41,156 nucleotides of DNA from an uncultured Eubacteriaceae bacterium (lineage in GTDB: Bacteria; Bacillota; Clostridia; Eubacteriales; UBA1433): contig CALGIV010000079.1 of the NCBI GenBank assembly GCA_937914785.1, forward strand, positions 1 to 41,156, given 5' to 3'. Every line of letters begins with the position of its first letter. Positions within the stretch are counted from its first letter, which is position 1. The notes beneath the pieces are model-generated. The model saw only the letters and a list, made by a program, of their open reading frames with translations, was not told the origin of the DNA and made no database searches. Made by a program: the position numbers and the translations under genes. This document shows, one piece after another, positions 28,828 through 37,939 of this stretch.

Positions 28828-28972
28828 ATGTGTTCATTTATAGTATACTTTATAGGTAAGCTTTGAATGCGAGATTTTAAGGTCATCATCATAATTGTTA
28901 TGTTATCGATTTGATAATTGGCTTTGAAAGTCGTTTGTTCCTTATTTTCTTTGCGCTTTTTCTGCAACAGTC

Positions 28973-29001
28973 AAACAGACCGTTTAAAACTCGGCCTGTT
29001 T
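28973..29001 (-). terminator. Terminator-like hairpin after the hydrolase gene (weak U-tract)
   Basis: Minus-strand AAACAGGCCG-AGTTTTAAA-CGGTCTGTTT (10 bp with one G.U). The downstream tract is T-poor. Confidence 0.35.
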
Positions 29002-29029
29002 ACTTTAAAAACACTTGGTTGTTTTTCAT

Positions 29030-29917
29030 TTATTCCAGCGGAAATTTTTCAATGATTCCTGAAATTTCCTTCGCACACACCTCGTAATTAAACTCCATCA
29101 GCCAATGGCCTGCGCCCTGCAGCTGAACAAACTTATACTCGTTCATCATATATTTGTGTGCCGTATCAACCCCTGTTTTGCCGCTATAGAGATCCGCTGT
29201 ACCCCAAATATAGAGTACAGGCATCACGACATCACCAAAAGGAATATCTTCTTCAAATTTTTGCATGTCAAGCGCTTGCAAAAACTTTGGCCGATACCAG
29301 TTAATCGTCGCCGTCAGTGCGCCAGGCTGTGTAAACAACGCCTTATACACTGCCAATATGTCTTCAGGAAAGCCTTCAGGGTAGACTGCCCACAGTTTTG
29401 CGTAATGGTTCTCGGCATACTCCCGCTCCGATTTGCCGGGTTCTAAAAAATCGAAAATATACTGGCTCTTTTTACGCTGCGCCGGATCTTTAATGACGAC
29501 TTCGAGATAATCTTTTGTATACGGCGTCGCCAGTGCCGAATATGTCTGAATTCTCTCTGCATAAAGTGTTACGAGCACCCAGCCCATGTTCGCGCCCCAG
29601 TCGTGGCCGACGAGATGAAACTTTTTACCTTCGTCATAATAAGCCGCCAATGCCATCACGTCGCCGGCCAGCTTGCGGTGCGTATAGTGTTCCATTCCGT
29701 CAGGGCGCGCGCCTTCGCTGTAGCCCCGCTGGTCCGGCGCAAGGCAGCGATAACCCTTCTGCGCCATTTCGATCATCAGGCGTTCCCACATTACAGAGCT
29801 TTCGGGAAACCCGTGCAAAAACACGATCAACTCTCCGCCTTTGTTCTCCATCCCGCTTATTCTGCACGAAAAAGTAAAACCATTCGCCTTAAGATCTACT
29901 TGTTGAACTTTATACAC
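29030..29917 (-). CDS. Alpha/beta-fold hydrolase (epoxide hydrolase/haloalkane dehalogenase-like)
   Basis: The HGFP oxyanion motif (FLHGFPESSVMW) and the Asp-nucleophile elbow VGHDWGA are present. GTG start 9 nt after GGAGG. Confidence 0.8.
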   Translation of the reverse strand: MYKVQQVDLKANGFTFSCRISGMENKGGELIVFLHGFPESSVMWERLMIEMAQKGYRCLAPDQRGYSEGARPDGMEHYTHRKLAGDVMALAAYYDEGKKFHLVGHDWGANMGWVLVTLYAERIQTYSALATPYTKDYLEVVIKDPAQRKKSQYIFDFLEPGKSEREYAENHYAKLWAVYPEGFPEDILAVYKALFTQPGALTATINWYRPKFLQALDMQKFEEDIPFGDVVMPVLYIWGTADLYSGKTGVDTAHKYMMNEYKFVQLQGAGHWLMEFNYEVCAKEISGIIEKFPLE

Positions 29918-30148
29918 TTTTTCCTACCTCCTGTATAATATTGATATCATTCAAACAAAATTGAAACTATCTTTATCTCTTACGCTAAATCCCGCTACTC
30001 TTTAACACCAGACAGCTGATGCTCCCTGAGATAAATGCGCATATATTTGTACTGTTCCTCTTATTTCCTTTTTATGCAAACTATGCTATGATAACCATAA
30101 TCAAAGCGCTTCTATCTGATGATCATCTATTAAGAGAGGACAAAACCT

Positions 30149-30631
30149 ATGTCCGGCACATTCGGTTTTTCTTACGTCGGTTTCATTTATCTGCTGATGC
30201 TTACAATCCCAAACCTGATTTGGACGAAACGTCAGCCGGCAGGCTATCATTATAAAAATGAAAACAGACTACTCCTGTTATGCGAACGCATTGGGCAGGT
30301 ATGTGTAACGTGCACCGCGTTGATCTTTGCCGACTACAACCCGAAAGGCTTCTCACCGTGGAGCCTCTGGCTTATCGCCTCCTTTGTCTTTATGCTGCTG
30401 TATGAAAGTTGGTGGATTCGATATTTTCGAAGGGAAAAAACGCTGAATGATTTTTACAGCAGTTTTCTCGGCATCCCGGTCGCCGGCGCTACACTGCCCG
30501 TTATCGCCTTCTTGCTGTTGGGTATTTACGGCAAAGTAATCTGGTTAATTCTTTCTGTCATTATTCTGGGTATCGGCCATATCGGCCTTCACCTGCAGCA
30601 TCGCAAAGAGAATCGGCCTTCGGCTAAATGA
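30149..30631 (+). CDS. Hypothetical integral membrane protein (about 4-5 TM)
   Basis: 160 aa with a hydrophobic-segment pattern. SD GAGAGGA lies 8 nt upstream of the ATG. No family recognised. Confidence 0.6.
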   Translation: MSGTFGFSYVGFIYLLMLTIPNLIWTKRQPAGYHYKNENRLLLLCERIGQVCVTCTALIFADYNPKGFSPWSLWLIASFVFMLLYESWWIRYFRREKTLNDFYSSFLGIPVAGATLPVIAFLLLGIYGKVIWLILSVIILGIGHIGLHLQHRKENRPSAK

Positions 30632-30709
30632 AAACAGGCAATTTGTTTTCGTTTTGATCAATAGCTGCTTTTCATTTTTTGTTATTTTTTTAACGAATTT
30701 ATGACCCCA

Positions 30710-31189
30710 TCATTTAAAAATTAATACCAGCATACGAAGCGCAGAAAGAAGAAACATTAACCCCTGCACGAATAACACGATAGCAACGTATTCAATAACT
30801 CCTTTTACTTTCAGATAACCTTGTGCAATATTGTTTAAAAGGCTGATATCTATCAACATAGTAACCAGAGAAACTGTCAATAAAATTATTGAATGAAAAA
30901 ACAGCTTATAAATAGTCTTATCACTACTGATATCTTTAATAGATTGAAACTTCCGGTCTTCATTTAACGATATCAACAACGTTACGCCCGCCAATTCAAA
31001 TCCCGCGATTGTCGCAGACAAAGATATAACGTCCATGCTTATCAAAGAAGTCAGTTTTTCTAATGGAATAATTTTAGATACATAGATTATTGTGCAAATA
31101 AGTACTCTGAAAACAAATCCAGCGCTCCAATGAAAGAGTGCAAAATATTTCTCGTGATAAAATAGTTTGGTAATCTTTTTCAATGACAT
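30710..31189 (-). CDS. Hypothetical integral membrane protein (about 4 TM), AT-rich orphan
   Basis: 159-aa open frame with four long hydrophobic stretches. There is a TTGTGT-N18-TATAAT-like promoter upstream. The SD (AAAGGA) is only 2 nt from the ATG. Confidence 0.5.
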   Translation of the reverse strand: MSLKKITKLFYHEKYFALFHWSAGFVFRVLICTIIYVSKIIPLEKLTSLISMDVISLSATIAGFELAGVTLLISLNEDRKFQSIKDISSDKTIYKLFFHSIILLTVSLVTMLIDISLLNNIAQGYLKVKGVIEYVAIVLFVQGLMFLLSALRMLVLIFK

Positions 31190-31306
31190 AATCCTTTATA
31201 TTATTTCACTATTCGACAAAGTCTCTTATGAAAACGATTATAGCATATGCATAAACTATAACACAAGTATAAATGATTTTACGAACCTGCGATTTAACCG
31301 CCAACA

Positions 31307-31347
31307 AACAAACGACGCAACACAATGAGTATGTTACGTCGTTTGTT
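31307..31347 (-). terminator. Hairpin downstream of pyc (probable terminator)
   Basis: AACAAACGACG ... CGTCGTTTGTT is an 11-bp perfect stem with a 19-nt loop. T-containing tracts lie on both sides. Confidence 0.5.
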
Positions 31348-31384
31348 TTATAAGCTTATTTTACTTTTAAGACCGCCTTATCTA

Positions 31385-34300
31385 TTATTCCAACTCCATT
31401 ATCAGCTGGCCTTTTTCCACCGTATCTCCCTGCGAAACGTAAATATGAGAAATTTTACTGTCGTGCGGCGCAAGGATTTCCGTTTCCATCTTCATCGCTT
31501 CCACAACGGCAAGAGGTTGATTCTTTTTCACTTCCTCACCAATTTCAACGTTGATGCGAATCATCGTGCCGTTAATCGGCGGTGAAACCTGGTTTTTATT
31601 GTTCACATCTGCCAGGCGCGTCGACTGCTGCATCGCCGTCGGCTTGCTTTTTTCATCTTTAACATAAACATTCCGTCTGAACCCATTGATTTCATAGATA
31701 AATTCACGATTGCCGTCCTGATCAATTTCCTTACCGATATGAATCAATTTCACGATACAACGAATGCCTTTGGCCACCTCTACTTCCGTTTCTTCGCCAA
31801 CGGCAAGCCCGTTGAAAAACGCGTGTGACTCCATCTGAATATAATCGCCGTAATCGCGCAGGAATGCCATATATTCATCATAGACCTTCGGATACAGCGC
31901 TGCGCTGAGCACGGAGCGCATATTCAATTCCCGGCCGTAACGCTCAAGGTAATCCTTGCGGATCTCGTCAAAATCAACATCTTCAAGCAATTCGCCCGGA
32001 CGCACCGTAATCGGCTCCTGCCCTTTGAGCACAAGCTTCTGGAGCCTTTCGTCAAACCCGCCTTCCGGCTGACCGATCATCCCTTTATAATAGTCGACAA
32101 CCGAATCCGGAAATGCCAGAACTTCCGCTTTCTCATAGATGTTTTCTTTCGTGATGTCGTTTTGCATCATAAACAGCGCCATATCGCCGACAGATTTTGA
32201 AGAAGGCGTGACTTTAACGATATCGCCAAATATTTCATTCGCTTCCTCATACTTTTCAAGCAGTTCTTTAAATTGACCGCCAAAACCAAAGCTTTCCGCC
32301 TGCTTTTTAAAATTCGTGTACTGGCCGCCCGGAATCTCGCTCTCGTAGACTTCCGCCGTCGGCGTAATCATGCCCGATTCAAATTCCGCATACACTTTGC
32401 GCACATCTTCCCAGTAATCACTGAGCAACTGCAGGGCCTCTGCGTCCAATTCCGTATCGCGTTCCGTGTTTTGAAGCGCCGCAACGATGCTGTTCAGGCC
32501 CGGCTGACTTGTCAGCCCGCCCATCGCATTCAGTGCCGCATCCGCAATATCCACACCCGCTTTGCTGGCTTCCAAGACGGAGGCGATCGCGTTGCCGGAC
32601 GTATCATGCGTATGGAAATGAATCGGAATCTTCACTTCTTCTTTCAACGCTTTGAACAGTTCATACGCCGCCTGTGGTTTCAGCAGGCCGGACATATCCT
32701 TGATACACAAAATATGCGCGCCCATCGCTTCCACTTCTCGAGCCTTTTTAACATAATAGTCCAAATCGTATTTCGTCTTCTTCGGGTTTAAAATATCGCC
32801 TGTATAACAAATGCAAACTTCTGCAATCTTGCCATTTTTAAGCACTTCTTCCGTCGGCAATTTCGTCGCTTCAAGCCAGTTCAGCGAATCGAAGATGCGG
32901 AATACATCAATGCCGGCTCTGGCAGACTCTTCTACGAAAGCAGTAACGATATTATCCGGATAGTTCTTGTAGCCAACCGTATTGCAGCCACGCAGCAGCA
33001 TCTGAAACATAATGTTCGGAATGCGCTTGCGCATCCTTTTCAGCCGCGTCCACGGCGACTCTTTTAAGAAGCGGTAGCACGTATCATACGTTGCGCCTCC
33101 CCATATCTCCAACGAGAACAAATCCGCTTCATACACCGATACCGGCCGTGCGATATCCAGCATATCGCGCGTACGCAGTCTCGTAGCGAACAACGACTGA
33201 TGCGCATCGCGGTATGTCGTGTCCGTCAGCAGCAGCTTCTTCTGCCCTTTTACATAATCCACCACTGCTTCCGGCCCCTTTGCATCCAATAGCTGTTTGA
33301 GTCCATCCCGCACTTCAAGCCCATCGATATTTGGAATTATCGGCGAACGATAATCTTTCTTTTCTCCCTGCGTTTTATTGATAATCATTTCGCTGAAATA
33401 CCGCGCCAGTTTTGCTTCCGTATCACGCGTTTTCGGCTCTTCGAACAACTCCGGATGTTCGTCGATGAAAAGCGTGTTACACTCGCCGCGCTTAAATACT
33501 TCGTGCTGCAAAACATTGATCAAAAAATCTTTGTTTGTGCTGATCCCTTCAATGATATGTTCTTTCAGCGCGCGCAGCGCGCGCAGGCGCGCACGTTCAA
33601 ACGTCGTATCCCAGACGATGGTTTTAACAAGCAGGCTGTCGTAATACGGCATAATCTCGGCGCCCGTAAAACCATTGCCGCCGTCTAAGCGCACGCCGTT
33701 GCCCGACGCCGTACGGTACACTTCGATCTTACCCGTGTCCGGCATAAAGTTATTCTTCGGATCTTCCGTCGTAATACGGCACTGAATCGAAAAGCCGCGC
33801 GGCCGGACATCTTCCTGCGTGCGAATGCCGATCGCATCACTGTCCAGGCGGTAACCCTGCGCAATTAAAATCTGCGTTGCAACAATATCGATACCGCAGG
33901 TCATTTCCGTTACCGGATGTTCCACCTGGATCCGCGGATTCATTTCCATAAAATAGTGATTGCCGTTTCGATCCAATAAAAACTCGACCGTACCCGCATT
34001 CACATAGCCGATCGCCTTGGCCAGCTTTACGGCATCATCACAAATCTCTTTACGTTTTTTATCATCGATCGCAAGCGAAGGCGTAAATTCGATCACCTTT
34101 TGATGCCTTCGTTGAATCGAACAGTCGCGCTCGTATAAATGCACGACGTTCCCATATTTATCTGCCAGAATCTGCACCTCGATATGGCGCGGGCTGTCCA
34201 GATACTTTTCCGCAAACACATCGCCGCGGCCAAACGCCTTTTTCGCTTCGCTCGTCGCATTGCGGAATTCGTTCTCCAGCGCACTCGCTTCGCGTACGAC

Positions 34301-34822
34301 GCGCATTCCTCTTCCGCCACCGCCGAACGATGCTTTTAAAATAATAGGATAACCCCATTCTTCGGCAAACTTTTTTAACTCCCCAATATTGGCAACCGGC
34401 TTGGTCGTCCCACCTAAAACGGGAATATCGACGCTCTTGGCAAACTGCTTGGCCGCAACCTTATCGCCAAAGATTTGCATCACATCCGCCGTAGGGCCGA
34501 TAAACGCAATGCCCGCACGTTCACACGCGCGCACAAATGCCGGATTCTCTGCTAAAAAACCATACCCGGGGTGGATTGCATTGACCCGCCTTGCCTTGGC
34601 AATTTCCAGAATCTTGTTGATATTTAAATAAGCGCCAACCGGCGTATCTTCCGCATCCAACATAAAGGACTCGTCCGCTTTACTCCTGAATAAAGATAAT
34701 TTATCTTCTTTAGAATATACCGCCACGCTCTTTAAACTCAATTCACCTGCCGCCCGCATAATCCGAATCGCAATTTCTCCGCGATTTGCGATTAATATCT
34801 TTCTGAACTCCTTTATTTCCAT
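31385..34822 (-). CDS. pyc: Pyruvate carboxylase
   Basis: Biotin carboxylase N-domain (ILIANRGEIAIRIMRA), carboxyltransferase TIM barrel (DTTYRDAHQSL, HFHTHDTSG) and C-terminal biotinyl site EAMKME. The ATG at 34822 (MEIKEFRK) lies 6 nt after GGGAGGA; the track start is 34870. Confidence 0.95.
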   Translation of the reverse strand: MEIKEFRKILIANRGEIAIRIMRAAGELSLKSVAVYSKEDKLSLFRSKADESFMLDAEDTPVGAYLNINKILEIAKARRVNAIHPGYGFLAENPAFVRACERAGIAFIGPTADVMQIFGDKVAAKQFAKSVDIPVLGGTTKPVANIGELKKFAEEWGYPIILKASFGGGGRGMRVVREASALENEFRNATSEAKKAFGRGDVFAEKYLDSPRHIEVQILADKYGNVVHLYERDCSIQRRHQKVIEFTPSLAIDDKKRKEICDDAVKLAKAIGYVNAGTVEFLLDRNGNHYFMEMNPRIQVEHPVTEMTCGIDIVATQILIAQGYRLDSDAIGIRTQEDVRPRGFSIQCRITTEDPKNNFMPDTGKIEVYRTASGNGVRLDGGNGFTGAEIMPYYDSLLVKTIVWDTTFERARLRALRALKEHIIEGISTNKDFLINVLQHEVFKRGECNTLFIDEHPELFEEPKTRDTEAKLARYFSEMIINKTQGEKKDYRSPIIPNIDGLEVRDGLKQLLDAKGPEAVVDYVKGQKKLLLTDTTYRDAHQSLFATRLRTRDMLDIARPVSVYEADLFSLEIWGGATYDTCYRFLKESPWTRLKRMRKRIPNIMFQMLLRGCNTVGYKNYPDNIVTAFVEESARAGIDVFRIFDSLNWLEATKLPTEEVLKNGKIAEVCICYTGDILNPKKTKYDLDYYVKKAREVEAMGAHILCIKDMSGLLKPQAAYELFKALKEEVKIPIHFHTHDTSGNAIASVLEASKAGVDIADAALNAMGGLTSQPGLNSIVAALQNTERDTELDAEALQLLSDYWEDVRKVYAEFESGMITPTAEVYESEIPGGQYTNFKKQAESFGFGGQFKELLEKYEEANEIFGDIVKVTPSSKSVGDMALFMMQNDITKENIYEKAEVLAFPDSVVDYYKGMIGQPEGGFDERLQKLVLKGQEPITVRPGELLEDVDFDEIRKDYLERYGRELNMRSVLSAALYPKVYDEYMAFLRDYGDYIQMESHAFFNGLAVGEETEVEVAKGIRCIVKLIHIGKEIDQDGNREFIYEINGFRRNVYVKDEKSKPTAMQQSTRLADVNNKNQVSPPINGTMIRINVEIGEEVKKNQPLAVVEAMKMETEILAPHDSKISHIYVSQGDTVEKGQLIMELE

Positions 34823-34971
34823 ACAAAATCCTCCCGGATAAAACTCATTATATAAAAATATAATTCTCAATATTATATCATAAATTCCTCAAAATAAAAG
34901 AGCTAAAAAATAAAAATTCAAAGAAATTTATAATTATGCATCAAAATTTATAATCATATTTTGTAGTGCCA

Positions 34972-34999
34972 TTGACATCGGGATAAAATTTTTTATACT
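34972..34999 (+). promoter_or_regulatory. Candidate sigma-A promoter for the chrA pair
   Basis: TTGACA (34972-34977), a 16-nt spacer, then TATACT (34994-34999). Confidence 0.5.
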
Positions 35000-35058
35000 A
35001 ATATTTAAACTGGTTATAATTAAGGAAAAGAAAAAATGGACCTTCCGCTAAAAAAAGA

Positions 35059-35610
35059 TTGTTTATCCTCTTTTATTCTACTCTCTATATCAATGCCATT
35101 GCCTTTGGCGGCGGGTTTGTCGTCATTCCACTCTTGCGCAGGCGTTATGTCGACGAATACGGCTGGATCGATGAAGACGAGATGACGGATTTAATCGCCC
35201 TGTCTCAATCGGCCCCGGGCACGATTGCCGGCAACTTCGCCATGCTCATCGGGCATCATATCGCAGGCTTTTGGGGCACACTTGTCACGCTGATCGCCAG
35301 CATTATCCCGGCTACTGTTATTATCACGCTCGTCGCCTGCTTCTACCATACGTTTCATAACAACCTTATCGTTGAGCGGATTATGCGCGGAATGCAGGCC
35401 GGTGTTGTCGCCGTTATTCTGAATCTGGCCATCGAAATGTTCAGCAGGCAACTAAAGATAAAAGAGTGGTTCAGTACCACCCTCCTTTGCGCCGCATTCA
35501 TCACTTCTTATCTGCTCAACATCGATGCAATCTATATCATACTTACCGCCGCGGCCGCCGGTATCATCCATTCTTATTATTTGATTAAAAAAAGAGGACA
35601 ACCGTTATGA
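35059..35610 (+). CDS. Chromate transporter (CHR) family protein, short-chain, first half
   Basis: NAIAFGGGFVVIPLLRRRYV...LSQSAPGTIAGN. The track start is a TTG without an SD; see the finding on the A7 tract and the upstream ATG at 35036. Confidence 0.8.
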   Translation: MFILFYSTLYINAIAFGGGFVVIPLLRRRYVDEYGWIDEDEMTDLIALSQSAPGTIAGNFAMLIGHHIAGFWGTLVTLIASIIPATVIITLVACFYHTFHNNLIVERIMRGMQAGVVAVILNLAIEMFSRQLKIKEWFSTTLLCAAFITSYLLNIDAIYIILTAAAAGIIHSYYLIKKRGQPL

Positions 35611-36182
35611 CACTTTATTGGGAAATCTTCCTGACCTATTTTAAAATCGGCCTCTTCAGCATCGGCGGTGGTCATGCCGCCCTGCCCATCGTCCAGGATG
35701 TCGTCGTCAATCAGAAAGCCTGGTTGAGTATGATGGAATTTACCGATATGCTGACCATTACCGAAATGACGCCAGGCCCACTCGTCATTAATAACGCCAC
35801 GTTTGTCGGCAACAAACTGGCCGGCGTTCCCGGCGGACTTGTCGCCACACTTAGCTGTATGTTGCCTTCCTTTCTTATTGTCCTGCTGCTCGCTTACCTC
35901 TACAAACGTTATAAGACCCTGACTGCTGTCAACGGCGCGCTGTACGGCATACGGCCAGCCGTCAACGGGCTGATTGCCGGCGCCGCGCTGTCCTTGCTCC
36001 TCGTCGCCCTGTTCGGCACGAATACACTCCATCAAATTTCCTTTGGGAGTTTTGATTTCATTATGTTTGTCTTAATTTTACTTGCGTTTATTTTTCAACG
36101 CAAAAGAAATGTCAACCCTATTATCATTATTCTTTCCTGCGGTGCAGCCGGGCTTTTCATATACTCGATAATCGGCATATAA
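35607..36182 (+). CDS. Chromate transporter (CHR) family protein, short-chain, second half
   Basis: FKIGLFSIGGGHAALPIVQD...ITEMTPGPLVIN. ATGA overlap with the first half. The arrangement resembles the B. subtilis YwrA/YwrB-type pair. Confidence 0.85.
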   Translation: MTLYWEIFLTYFKIGLFSIGGGHAALPIVQDVVVNQKAWLSMMEFTDMLTITEMTPGPLVINNATFVGNKLAGVPGGLVATLSCMLPSFLIVLLLAYLYKRYKTLTAVNGALYGIRPAVNGLIAGAALSLLLVALFGTNTLHQISFGSFDFIMFVLILLAFIFQRKRNVNPIIIILSCGAAGLFIYSIIGI

Positions 36183-36217
36183 AAATGGATGCTTTCACAT
36201 CCACTTATCATTTTTTA

Positions 36218-36240
36218 TTAAAAAAAGCTGTATTACAGCT
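36218..36240 (-). terminator. Terminator of the XRE regulator gene
   Basis: Minus-strand AGCUGU-AAU-ACAGCU followed by UUUUUUUAAU. The hairpin overlaps the TAG stop. Confidence 0.6.
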
Positions 36241-36598
36241 AAACCTTTTTCTGTATCATCGCAATTATTTGTTTGATCAGCTCTCTTCTCGCATCTTCTG
36301 TCCAGTGTTCCAAATTTAAAAACCCGCCCGATAAATTTTCCTTAAGCCAATCTTCTTCCATAAACAAATCAATCAGTTTATCCGGGTCAACATCTTCGTT
36401 TCCGGTAATGATATAACTGATACTGACATGGAATATATCACATAGTTGCACCAACGTACTATAATCCGGCTTTCTTCTGCCCTGTTCATACATGCCAATC
36501 GTACTGGCCGAAAGAGAGACTTTTTTGCCTAACTCTTCTTGGGTTAAATTTTTTTGTTTGCGCAGCTCTCTTAATCGTTCGCCCATATTATCAACCAT
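36239..36598 (-). CDS. XRE-family helix-turn-helix transcriptional regulator
   Basis: LRELRKQKNLTQEELGKKVSLSASTIGMYEQGRRKPDYSTLVQLCDIFHVSISYI. The ~55-aa C-terminal domain is of unknown type. Confidence 0.85.
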   Translation of the reverse strand: MVDNMGERLRELRKQKNLTQEELGKKVSLSASTIGMYEQGRRKPDYSTLVQLCDIFHVSISYIITGNEDVDPDKLIDLFMEEDWLKENLSGGFLNLEHWTEDARRELIKQIIAMIQKKV

Positions 36599-36657
36599 GT
36601 CTCAAGCCCCCTTCACAAATCTCGTCGACTTCTCCGAATATACTGATTTTTACATTT

Positions 36658-36686
36658 ATTATAATATACTAAATTTCCGCGAACAA
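36658..36686 (-). promoter_or_regulatory. Candidate sigma-A promoter of the XRE gene
   Basis: On the minus strand: TTGTTC (36686-36681), a 17-nt spacer, then TATAAT (36663-36658). Confidence 0.5.
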
Positions 36687-36737
36687 CATATCGTGCGATA
36701 AGTGTGGTTAAATAGACAACATGTGTGAACTTTCAAT

Positions 36738-36767
36738 AAAAAAACTCTCTGAAAAAGAGAGTTTTTT
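36738..36767. terminator. Bidirectional rho-independent terminator (ends the RR-HK-378aa operon)
   Basis: AAAAAAACTCTCT-GAAAA-AGAGAGTTTTTT, with an A-run and a T-run flanking a CTCTCT/AGAGAG stem. Confidence 0.75.
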
Positions 36768-36802
36768 ATCATTTTATTCATTTGTATATTACTTTGAAAC
36801 GC

Positions 36803-37939
36803 CTATTGTGTCGTAATTGTAAACTTACACCGATAGATATCCGACAGCAGAATCGAATTGGAAGATTCCTGCACTGAGTGCATCGACAAATACAGCGTAT
36901 TGCCCTTTCCCCAGAGTATCTTGCGGTTCGACAACCGAACCTCTGACAATAGCTTCGCAGATGCACCGCTTTCAACCATCATAATGTGAATGTTATAATT
37001 CAACCCGCCTTCCGTTGTGCGCTCACCGTAAACCAGCATCGAGCCCTCGGCATTCAGCGCCACACAATACAGCGAACTGCCGCTATGTAACTCCCTTTTT
37101 TCCCCACTTGCGGTACTGTATGAAAACAATCTGCTTTCCGCCTCATCCACTTCAATATAGACGGCTATACCCGCAACCTCATTTGCATCAAAGTCTATAA
37201 TACTTTCTGCCAACAGCTCCGGTTTTCTGTTCTTCTTAATTGCAAACAAAGATGTTTTGTCGCTGCCATCTTTCTGCGCCGATACGAAAATAATATTTTC
37301 ATCCTGGAAATGACGTATTTTTGTAATCGCGTAATTTTCGCCCATCATCTCGCTCAAATCATACAATAAAACCGGTTCATCGGCACTGGCCTTTCCCAGT
37401 TTAATTTCCCCCTTGCTCGTGCCATAAATCGCCCAGTCACCGGACATAATCACCCCTGTACTGACAAGTTCATCCGGTTTTGATATCCGAACCAGCCGCG
37501 TCTTATCCATCGTCACATATAACAACTGTCTTGCTGTCGCTTCGTTTTGTGTGGATTGCGTGACGTAATAAATACCCGCCATATCCGGCTCAAAACATGC
37601 ACTTACGTGGGTCGCCATATCAAAATTTACGATGGCCGGCTCCTCCGTACTGCCGACTTCATAAACCATCGTCGTCAAATATTCTTTATCGGCAATCAGC
37701 GTGTTGTCCGTTTGTGCAGGTGCAATCAACAGCAAATGGTTCTCTTTTTCGTCAATTTCATATGCCACACCTTTAATGAGGAAATCGTTCGATTTTACGT
37801 TGGCGGACTTTAAGCCTCTGGCCGGTTCATTTTCTATTAATATCGGCACGTCACGCTTGATGTGTATCCGACTGTACACCCCAATGCCTACTACAAATAT
37901 CAACACTACAAATGTCAGTGCAATCCATTGCTTCTTCAT
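36803..37939 (-). CDS. N-terminally membrane-anchored extracytoplasmic protein, possibly beta-propeller-like; function unknown
   Basis: 378 aa with a signal-anchor MKKQWIALTFVVLIFVVGIGVY. Recurrent strand-rich segments loosely resemble PD40/TolB repeats (FVSAQKDGSDKTSLF, ALNAEGSMLVYG). The ATG overlaps the kinase stop (ATGA). Confidence 0.6.
   Translation of the reverse strand: MKKQWIALTFVVLIFVVGIGVYSRIHIKRDVPILIENEPARGLKSANVKSNDFLIKGVAYEIDEKENHLLLIAPAQTDNTLIADKEYLTTMVYEVGSTEEPAIVNFDMATHVSACFEPDMAGIYYVTQSTQNEATARQLLYVTMDKTRLVRISKPDELVSTGVIMSGDWAIYGTSKGEIKLGKASADEPVLLYDLSEMMGENYAITKIRHFQDENIIFVSAQKDGSDKTSLFAIKKNRKPELLAESIIDFDANEVAGIAVYIEVDEAESRLFSYSTASGEKRELHSGSSLYCVALNAEGSMLVYGERTTEGGLNYNIHIMMVESGASAKLLSEVRLSNRKILWGKGNTLYLSMHSVQESSNSILLSDIYRCKFTITTQ

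Noticed and set aside
28773-28967. 64-aa minus-strand ORF, and a 15-codon hydrophobic plus-strand mini-ORF (MRDFKVIIIIVMLSI), in the spoVT/hydrolase spacer.
   Set aside because: The 64-aa ORF starts at a TTG with no SD and runs through the spoVT terminator. The mini-ORF has only a marginal SD and nothing to distinguish it from chance.
35577-36035. 152-aa minus-strand ORF across the chrA pair; similar antisense ORFs lie inside pyc, the ATPase and the kinase.
   Set aside because: They are shadow ORFs opposite well-supported genes, with no SD or motifs.
36630-36672. Direct repeat AGTATATT (two copies, 26 nt apart) around the XRE promoter, considered as autoregulatory half-sites.
   Set aside because: It is an 8-mer in very AT-rich DNA with non-helical spacing, which is indistinguishable from chance without comparative data.
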